Shown: piece by piece, positions 57,396 through 64,000 of the stretch | Layout: the number at the start of each line of letters is the position of its first letter | Numbering within the stretch: position 1 is the first letter of the stretch | The notes under the pieces: model-generated | Database searches by the model: none | Told to the model about the DNA's origin: nothing | What the model saw: the letters and a program-made list of their open reading frames with translations, nothing else | Assembly (NCBI GenBank): GCA_015655115.1 | Contig: JAATFQ010000158.1 | Location: 2,183-66,182, forward strand | DNA: 64,000 nucleotides | Source: Sphingobacteriales bacterium | GTDB lineage: Bacteria > Bacteroidota > Bacteroidia > Sphingobacteriales > Sphingobacteriaceae | Direction of reading: 5' to 3' | Program-made: the position numbers and the translations under genes

Positions 57396-58448
57396 ATGAG
57401 CGATGAATTATATATGAAACGCTGTCTCGAACTAGCCGAAATGGGAAATGGCAATGTTAGCCCTAATCCTCTGGTGGGTTGTGTGATTGTTAACGACGGA
57501 ATTATAATCGGTGAAGGATACCATAAAAAATATGGTGAAGCACATGCTGAGGTGAATGCCATTCAGGATGTGTTCGATAAATTTGGTAATGAAGCCCCTG
57601 CCCTGTTAAAAAATGCGACAGCCTATGTGAGCCTGGAGCCATGCGCCCACTTTGGCAAAACACCTCCTTGTGCAGACTTGCTGATCAGACATCAGCTAAA
57701 AAAGGTTGTGATCGGAAACCGCGATCCTTTTCCTGATGTAGATGGCAAGGGTATAGCGCGGCTTCAGAATGCCGGTATAGCAGTTGTAGCAGGAGTTCTG
57801 GAAAAAGAATGCAGTTACGTAAACAGGCGTTTTTTTACCAGGGTAACTCAGCAAAGACCTTATATCATCCTCAAATGGGCTGCAACAGCGAATGGATATT
57901 TTGCACCAAAAAATGCAGTACAGCAGTGGATCAGTGGTCCGCTGGCACGCAAACTGGTGCATAAATGGCGTACTGAAGAAGATGCGATATTAGTTGGCAA
58001 GCATACTGCAATTACAGACAATCCGCAATTGGGAGCCAGAGAATGGCCGGGAAAAAATCCACTAAGGATTCTGGTAGACCGTAATCTGGATGTCCCTTTA
58101 AGCCACCATATTTACAACGATTTAGCGAAGACAATTGTTCTCAATGAAAAGAAAACTGATGTGGAGGCAAACATTCATTTTGTGAGTGTGGAGGATATGC
58201 AATACTATCTGCCGCAGAAAATAGCCTTTCAGCTTTACCTGATGGATATTCAGTCTGTTATAATTGAAGGAGGTGCCCATATATTAAATCAGTTCATTTC
58301 ATCGGGATTATGGGATGAAGCGAGAGTATTTACATCGGCTAACAGTTGGGAAACTGGTATATTCGCCCCACAGATCAATGGAAATATTGTGGACATAGCT
58401 CACATCGACAAAGATAAACTAACACTATATGAAAACTCAGTAAACTAA
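57396..58448 (+). CDS. ribD: Riboflavin biosynthesis deaminase/reductase
   Basis: PNPLVG, HAE, LEPC.H.GKTPPC and IEGG motifs. Confidence 0.96.
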   Translation: MSDELYMKRCLELAEMGNGNVSPNPLVGCVIVNDGIIIGEGYHKKYGEAHAEVNAIQDVFDKFGNEAPALLKNATAYVSLEPCAHFGKTPPCADLLIRHQLKKVVIGNRDPFPDVDGKGIARLQNAGIAVVAGVLEKECSYVNRRFFTRVTQQRPYIILKWAATANGYFAPKNAVQQWISGPLARKLVHKWRTEEDAILVGKHTAITDNPQLGAREWPGKNPLRILVDRNLDVPLSHHIYNDLAKTIVLNEKKTDVEANIHFVSVEDMQYYLPQKIAFQLYLMDIQSVIIEGGAHILNQFISSGLWDEARVFTSANSWETGIFAPQINGNIVDIAHIDKDKLTLYENSVN

Positions 58449-59314
58449 TGATATACATATTCTTAAGCATAAGCTGCAGTGTTACTGTAGCAGTATTACT
58501 GAAACTCGCAAGACGTTATAAGATAAATGTACTGCAGGCAGTACAATGGAATTATCTATTTGCCATTGTACTGAGTGGGATCTTTTTCAGGCCGGACCTG
58601 TCTGCCTTAAAAGCAGCACCCAATGCGTTATCAATTTCCCTGGGAATTCTTCTTCCGGCCTTGTTTCTTGTTTTGGCTGCCTCAGTAAGGAGGATTGGTA
58701 TTGTAAAAACTGATATAGCACAGCGTCTTTCTCTATTTATACCAGTGATGGCTTCACTATATCTTTTCAGCGAGAATTTTAACCAGTTAAAGGTTGCCGG
58801 ATTAATTGTAGGGTTTATCGCGATTTTTTTTACGCTCAGCCGCAAGTCGACGGTTAAATCTGAAAGTAAAAACTATATCTACCCAATTCTGGTATTTATA
58901 GGCTTTGGCATTATAGACGTATTATTTAAACAGCTAGCCTTAAATAAGGATATTCCTTACACTACCTCCCTCCTGTTTGTTTTTTGCGTTTCTTTTGCAG
59001 TGGCTATCTGTTCTGTATTTTATACCATATGGGTAAAAAAACAGCACTTACAGCTGATAAATTTAATTTGCGGTGGCATATTAGGTGTTTTTAATTTCGG
59101 GAACATCTTATTTTATATGAAAGCGCACCGCGTAATGGCAGAGAATCCATCCACTGTCTTTGCCGCTATGAATATGGGGGTAATTATTTTGGGAAGCATT
59201 ATCGGTATTGTAATTTTCAAAGAAAAAGTAAGTAAGCTGAATTATTTGGGAATCGTACTAGCATTAATTGCCATTATCCTTATCACTTTATCGCAACAAT
59301 ATGCTATTCGATGA
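58448..59314 (+). CDS. DMT/EamA family transporter
   Basis: About 10 TMs with two EamA-like halves ('IFKEKVS..NYLG'). TAATG coupling to ribD. Confidence 0.82.
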   Translation: MIYIFLSISCSVTVAVLLKLARRYKINVLQAVQWNYLFAIVLSGIFFRPDLSALKAAPNALSISLGILLPALFLVLAASVRRIGIVKTDIAQRLSLFIPVMASLYLFSENFNQLKVAGLIVGFIAIFFTLSRKSTVKSESKNYIYPILVFIGFGIIDVLFKQLALNKDIPYTTSLLFVFCVSFAVAICSVFYTIWVKKQHLQLINLICGGILGVFNFGNILFYMKAHRVMAENPSTVFAAMNMGVIILGSIIGIVIFKEKVSKLNYLGIVLALIAIILITLSQQYAIR

Positions 59315-59915
59315 TACTTATAAAACGATAACATCACCTGCTGAAGGGGTATACAAAGATAAGGGAAGCAAATTTATCGCTTATGCCTATCCAATAATCA
59401 ATGAAGATGAGGTAAAACCACATCTGCAGCAGTTAAGGGCAGAACATAGCAAAGCCGTTCACTTTTGTTATGCCTACCGGCTTACTCCGGATAGAAACGT
59501 TTTTCGTATAAATGACGATGGCGAGCCATCAGGCACCGCCGGAAGGCCCATTCTGAATACACTTTTATCGGCAGATTTAACAAACGTACTGGTAGTTGTA
59601 GTTCGCTATTTTGGTGGAACTTTACTAGGTGTTCCGGGTTTAATCAGTGCCTATAAAACGGCCACAGCCGAGGCTGTTCAACTAGCTGAAATAGTAGAAA
59701 GATCTGTCAATGATGTGTATGAAGTAAAATTCGACTATTTAATGATGAATGATGTGATGAGGCTCATTAAAGAGGAACAGCTGGTGGTACTCAATCAGCT
59801 GTTTGATAATAGTTGCGTAATTAGGTTTGAAATCAGAAAGTCGCAGTTAAATAAGGTGCTTATGCGACTGGAGCAGCAGCCGTCTATTGAATTAAAATAC
59901 CTTTATACTGTTTAA
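59301..59915 (+). CDS. yigZ: YigZ/IMPACT family protein
   Basis: 'K.SKF', 'H.CYAY', 'DDGEPSGTAG' and 'RYFGG.LLG'. Confidence 0.92.
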   Translation: MLFDDTYKTITSPAEGVYKDKGSKFIAYAYPIINEDEVKPHLQQLRAEHSKAVHFCYAYRLTPDRNVFRINDDGEPSGTAGRPILNTLLSADLTNVLVVVVRYFGGTLLGVPGLISAYKTATAEAVQLAEIVERSVNDVYEVKFDYLMMNDVMRLIKEEQLVVLNQLFDNSCVIRFEIRKSQLNKVLMRLEQQPSIELKYLYTV

Positions 59916-59950
59916 AACCGTATTTTTATATTATTATTTACATTTCCCCT

Positions 59951-60823
59951 ATGCAAAAATTGTCCGAAGCAGATTTAGTTATCAACCCTGATGGAAGTAT
60001 CTATCATCTTAATTTATTGCCTGAAGACATCGCCGATACCGTAATTACAGTTGGTGATCCGGATAGGATTGGCGAAATCACCCGGCATTTCGACCGTATA
60101 GAATTTAAAAAAGGTAAACGTGAATTTCTAACGCAGACCGGGTATATCGGACAAAAACGGATTACAGTTGTGTCTACAGGAATAGGCACAGACAATATTG
60201 ATATTGTTCTTAATGAGCTGGATGCACTGGTCAATATTGACTTTGGCACCCGCGAGGTAAAAAAGGAACTTACCTCGCTGACAATTATCCGTATAGGCAC
60301 CTCCGGGGCTGTACAGCCTGATATACCTATGGGCACTGTGCTCGCTTCGTCTTATGGCCTCGGGCTTGACGCTTTAATGCATTACTATGTCCATGAAATT
60401 CCAGATGCTGAGAAAGGATTGTTCAATCATGTCAATAGTCATTTTGCAGACTTACATGCTGTGAATCCTTATCTTACTGCAGCCGATCAGAGTTTGTTAG
60501 CAACTATTGGTAAAGATATGGTTTGCGGAATTACTGCGACAGCTCCGGGGTTCTATGCACCGCAGGGAAGACAGGTGCGTGCTAAAAATGCAGTACCTAA
60601 TTTCATAGAAAAGCTGAACACCTTTAGTTATGAGGGACTGCGGATCACCAATTTAGAAATGGAGACGGCAGGAATATATGCGCTGGCAAAAATACTAGGC
60701 CATAAAGCACTTTCAGTTAATGCTATTTTAGCAAGCAGGGTAAATTTTCAATTCAGTAACACACCTAATCTCGTTGTCGAAAAGGCTATTCTACTGGTTT
60801 TGGATAGAATTATATCAATTTAG
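59951..60823 (+). CDS. Nucleoside phosphorylase (uridine phosphorylase-like)
   Basis: 'YHL', 'GDP.R', 'STGIG', 'RIGTSG', 'FY.PQGR' and 'EME'. Confidence 0.9.
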   Translation: MQKLSEADLVINPDGSIYHLNLLPEDIADTVITVGDPDRIGEITRHFDRIEFKKGKREFLTQTGYIGQKRITVVSTGIGTDNIDIVLNELDALVNIDFGTREVKKELTSLTIIRIGTSGAVQPDIPMGTVLASSYGLGLDALMHYYVHEIPDAEKGLFNHVNSHFADLHAVNPYLTAADQSLLATIGKDMVCGITATAPGFYAPQGRQVRAKNAVPNFIEKLNTFSYEGLRITNLEMETAGIYALAKILGHKALSVNAILASRVNFQFSNTPNLVVEKAILLVLDRIISI

Positions 60824-60854
60824 CAACATAAATAATCCAACTTCCTGATTTCTA

Positions 60855-62084
60855 ATGACAAAAAATAAGTATTTTTTCCTTATCCTATTGCTGGGATCTC
60901 TCACTGCTTTAGGCCCGTTTTCTATTGACATGTATTTGCCGGGATTTCCTGCCATTGCTAAAGATTTGCATACCAGCGTGGCAAAAGTTTCATTATCTCT
61001 TTCAGGATTTTTTATTGGCATATCTGTTGGTCAGCTGCTGTATGGTCCGTTACTGGATCGTTTTGGCAGAAAAAAACCTTTGTACATTGGTCTCTCTGTA
61101 TATATAGCAGCCTCCCTGGGCTGTGCTTTTGCGGATACCATAAATTTACTGATCCTTATGCGTTGTATACAGGCAATTGGCAGCTGCGCAGCTGCAGTAG
61201 CCTCAATTGCAATGGTCAGAGATCTTTTTCCGGTTAAGGAGAATGCTAAAGTATTTGCTTTGCTGATGCTTGTTGTGGGAGTTTCGCCAATGATTGCACC
61301 GACAGTGGGCGGTTATGTAACAGTGGCCTTTGGCTGGCATTCTGTATTTATTATTTTAATGCTTTTAGGGATTATGAATTTAGTGGCTAGTATATTCGGT
61401 TTACCGGAGAGTTATAGGCCAGATAAAACACTTTCTTTAAAGCCAGGACCAATATTGATTAACTTTATGGGGGTACTTAAAGAACCACAATTCTATACCT
61501 ACGCTTTAACAGGTGCCATTGCTTTTTCGGGGCTTTTCGCTTATGTGGCAGGGTCACCGCTCCTGTTTATGGATATTTTTGCAGTGAAAGAAGAAACCTA
61601 TGGATGGATATTCGCTTTCTTAAGCATAGGGTTGATTGGGTCCAGTCAGGTAAATACAGTGATGCTCAGATACTACAGTAGCGAGCAACTTATTTTCGGC
61701 TCCCTGATTTGCCAGGCGATAACCGGGGTTGTTTTCCTGACGGGAAGTATCAATGGCTGGTTTGGCCTGGGAGAAACCATCGCGTTGCTGTTTATATTTT
61801 TAAGCTGCCTGGGCTTTGCCAGTCCTAATGCTTCAGCACTCTCACTTGCCCCTTTTACTAAAAATGCTGGCAGCGCATCTGCCTTGATGGGAGCTGTACA
61901 GATGGGATTGGGTGCTTTAGCTTCTGTTGCTGTAAGTATGTTCGATGTACATTCGTCAGTGCCTATGGTCGCGATTATGGCATCCACATCTATTATTGCT
62001 TTGTTTATTTTATATACAGGAAGAAAAAAAATAAAGAACAAGGTATCTGTTGATAAAGAGAACACTGGTGTCTCTTTGCATTAA
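60855..62084 (+). CDS. Bcr/CflA family MFS drug efflux transporter
   Basis: 'IDMYLP.FP', 'GPLLDRFGRK' and 'AGSASALMG'. Confidence 0.93.
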   Translation: MTKNKYFFLILLLGSLTALGPFSIDMYLPGFPAIAKDLHTSVAKVSLSLSGFFIGISVGQLLYGPLLDRFGRKKPLYIGLSVYIAASLGCAFADTINLLILMRCIQAIGSCAAAVASIAMVRDLFPVKENAKVFALLMLVVGVSPMIAPTVGGYVTVAFGWHSVFIILMLLGIMNLVASIFGLPESYRPDKTLSLKPGPILINFMGVLKEPQFYTYALTGAIAFSGLFAYVAGSPLLFMDIFAVKEETYGWIFAFLSIGLIGSSQVNTVMLRYYSSEQLIFGSLICQAITGVVFLTGSINGWFGLGETIALLFIFLSCLGFASPNASALSLAPFTKNAGSASALMGAVQMGLGALASVAVSMFDVHSSVPMVAIMASTSIIALFILYTGRKKIKNKVSVDKENTGVSLH

Positions 62085-62172
62085 TTAAGAGTCATTTTTT
62101 CAATGATTTCTTAGTTGATGCCAAACAAATCATAAAGATAAGCGTTGAAGAGTTAGGTCTAAAAAATGATAT

Positions 62173-62493
62173 ATGATAAAGAAACTCAAACACCAAATAA
62201 CCATTCTGGCCGCGAAAAAATTGCTGGATAATTATGATTCTGAAAATGTAAGTACTGGCAGGAGATTGTTAACTATTGTTGCTGGCGCTTATATATTTCA
62301 AAACGGTGTTCGGAATTTAAATAAACACCCATTGATTGGTTTCCAGGAGGCCGCTTTAGGAGGATACCTATTATACGATGCAATAAAAGGCATAGCAGAT
62401 GGGTATAATCGTCAGCCTAAAGAAGTTTATCAGATGCGAAAGAACCAGATACAGGGGAATGATCCGGACAGTCCGGTTCCTGCCTTTGTGTGA
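62173..62493 (+). CDS. Hypothetical small membrane-associated protein
   Basis: 106 aa with 'ENVSTGRRLLTIVAG...ALGGYLLY'. Followed by a hairpin. Confidence 0.65.
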   Translation: MIKKLKHQITILAAKKLLDNYDSENVSTGRRLLTIVAGAYIFQNGVRNLNKHPLIGFQEAALGGYLLYDAIKGIADGYNRQPKEVYQMRKNQIQGNDPDSPVPAFV

Positions 62494-62500
62494 CCTTAAT

Positions 62501-62535
62501 ATGAGTGAATCTGCCAGTTTATCAGATTCACTCAT
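62501..62535. terminator. Bidirectional terminator hairpin
   Basis: ATGAGTGAATCTG / CAGATTCACTCAT 13-bp stem between convergent genes. Confidence 0.6.
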
Positions 62536-62581
62536 TCTTGGTTACCTATTTCACCCTTACCTATTCATTATTTTGTAGCTG

Positions 62582-63451
62582 TTAAGACATAGCTTTCTTA
62601 ATCAATACCTTTCTGCCTCTCCCTTTGTTTAACCGGATCTTATTTAATCCGGTATCTTTAATTTGCCTGATTCTTTCCCTGCTTAAATTAAATGATAAGC
62701 TTATATCTGTGAGACTCAATGGCTCAACTCCATTAAGGCCAAAATATAAGATGATGACCCTTGCTTCCCTTCTGGAGAGTGGTTTCAGCATTTTGTAAAA
62801 ATCTGCGAGATTAGGCATAGCTGTCATGTAATCGTCGGTTGATCTATCTGAATTTTGTGTTACGTCTAATAATGTATTGTCACTGTCCTGACTGTGGACA
62901 GCGTCCAGAGAGCATGTTGGCCGGGCTTTGTCAAGATAAATGCTTACTATTTCATGATTAATTTTTGCTTCCTCTGCCAGCTCAATTGGTGTTGGTCTCC
63001 TTTCATATTTTTGTTCCAGATTTGACGCGATCCTGTTAATCTTGGAGATGGAAGAAATCATATTCATCGGTAATCTAATAATACGTGTGTACTCCGGTAT
63101 CGCCATCATAATCCTTTGCCTGATCCACCAGACTGCAAAAGATATAAACCGGAATCCTTTCGTTTCATCGAATCTTCTAGCTGCAGTAATAAGTCCCAAA
63201 TTGCCCTCACTGATTAAATCACCAAGACTTAAGCCTCTGTGCTGATATGTTTTCGCCACAGAAACTACAAATCTCAGGTTGGCCTTTACCATTTTCTCAA
63301 GCGCCTGCTGGTCGCCCAGTTTTATTTTCTTTGCCAGCTTTGCCTCTTCTTCCATGGATATTAATGGGATTCCGTGGATCTCATTAAGGTATTTAGAAAT
63401 CGATGCTGCATCTCTCTCCATCATTGTTCTTTCTATTTTTATTTCTCTCAT
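62582..63451 (-). CDS. RpoD/SigA-family sigma factor, divergent paralog lacking region 1.1
   Basis: 'ANLRFVVSVAK', 'DLISEGNLGL', 'RFDETKGFRFISFAVWWIRQ' and 'LSRERIRQI'. Confidence 0.9.
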   Translation of the reverse strand: MREIKIERTMMERDAASISKYLNEIHGIPLISMEEEAKLAKKIKLGDQQALEKMVKANLRFVVSVAKTYQHRGLSLGDLISEGNLGLITAARRFDETKGFRFISFAVWWIRQRIMMAIPEYTRIIRLPMNMISSISKINRIASNLEQKYERRPTPIELAEEAKINHEIVSIYLDKARPTCSLDAVHSQDSDNTLLDVTQNSDRSTDDYMTAMPNLADFYKMLKPLSRREARVIILYFGLNGVEPLSLTDISLSFNLSRERIRQIKDTGLNKIRLNKGRGRKVLIKKAMS

Positions 63452-63753
63452 AACTAATATTAAATAATGTTTAAATAAATATTTAGTGCTTTTATACTGA
63501 ATAGGAGATCAAATATTAATAATTACCTTAATTCAATCAACACAAACTCGAAATGCTGGTGATTATTTAATTAAACACATAAAAATCAAGATATTTACTA
63601 TAAAACGGCGCTATTATAGTCTTAATATAGATATTTAATTAATTTTAATAAATATTGTAGAAATAACTTTATACTTAAACTAAGATTACTACATTTGAAA
63701 CATGGCAGAAAGAGTCTGTTATTATAAATAATTTATTAAGCATTAAGAAAATC

Positions 63754-64000
63754 ATGAATGAACAGTTGAACGCTATTGACCTTAGCATATTAAGAATGCT
63801 GCAAGAAAACCCTCAGGTAACCAATAAAGAGATTGGAGATACGCTGCTCAAATCGCAGGCGACTATTCAGGCAAGGAGGTCAAAGATGGCTGCGCAGAAC
63901 GTTATTACGGGTTACAGTATAATTTTAAACCCTGTAAAACTAAATAAAAGTTTCCTGGCTACTATAACTTTAAACCTGACGGACTATTCGGACGCAACCA
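63754..64000 (+). CDS. Lrp/AsnC family transcriptional regulator (3'-partial; absent from the ORF track)
   Basis: Hand translation: MNEQLNAIDLSILRMLQENPQVTNKEIGDTLLKSQATIQARRSKMAAQNVITGYSIILNPVKL..., open to the window edge. Confidence 0.85.
   Translation, partial: MNEQLNAIDLSILRMLQENPQVTNKEIGDTLLKSQATIQARRSKMAAQNVITGYSIILNPVKLNKSFLATITLNLTDYSDAT

Overview
A 64-kb, AT-rich bacterial chromosomal segment. It is most likely from Bacteroidota, probably Sphingobacteriaceae (Pedobacter-like), judging by TAnnTTTG '-7' promoter elements before several genes, A/T-rich leaders without Shine-Dalgarno motifs, and the gene content. I found no rRNA, tRNA, CRISPR array, prophage or intact transposase. The left part (to about 42 kb) is a mosaic of accessory, stress and metabolic modules: a secreted 25-aa-repeat protein, msrA, Crp/Fnr regulators, uxuB-uxuA-LacI, a Crp/DUF2249/membrane protein/DUF59/Ric cluster, a peroxiredoxin-DsbA pair, modABC, mprF-acvB, anmK, ndh, cls, dinB, a GH18-deacetylase-GT2 fusion, an ECF sigma factor and lipoproteins. 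The right part is mostly housekeeping: hemF, gyrA, TPR proteins, mgtE, corA, aroQ, xerD, prmC, ribD and yigZ. It ends with a divergent RpoD-like sigma paralog and a partial Lrp/AsnC gene. The most striking unexplained signal is a compact structured leader in front of modABC (15328-15391) that appears to carry the conserved motifs of the Moco RNA motif in circularly permuted order. Other candidates are the nitrosative-stress/Fe-S-repair cluster with its own palindromic operator, the single-gene polysaccharide synthase, IS-end scars inside hairpins, orphan TetR-like operators and a possible ECF promoter motif. All family assignments come from recognising motifs by eye; no searches were run.
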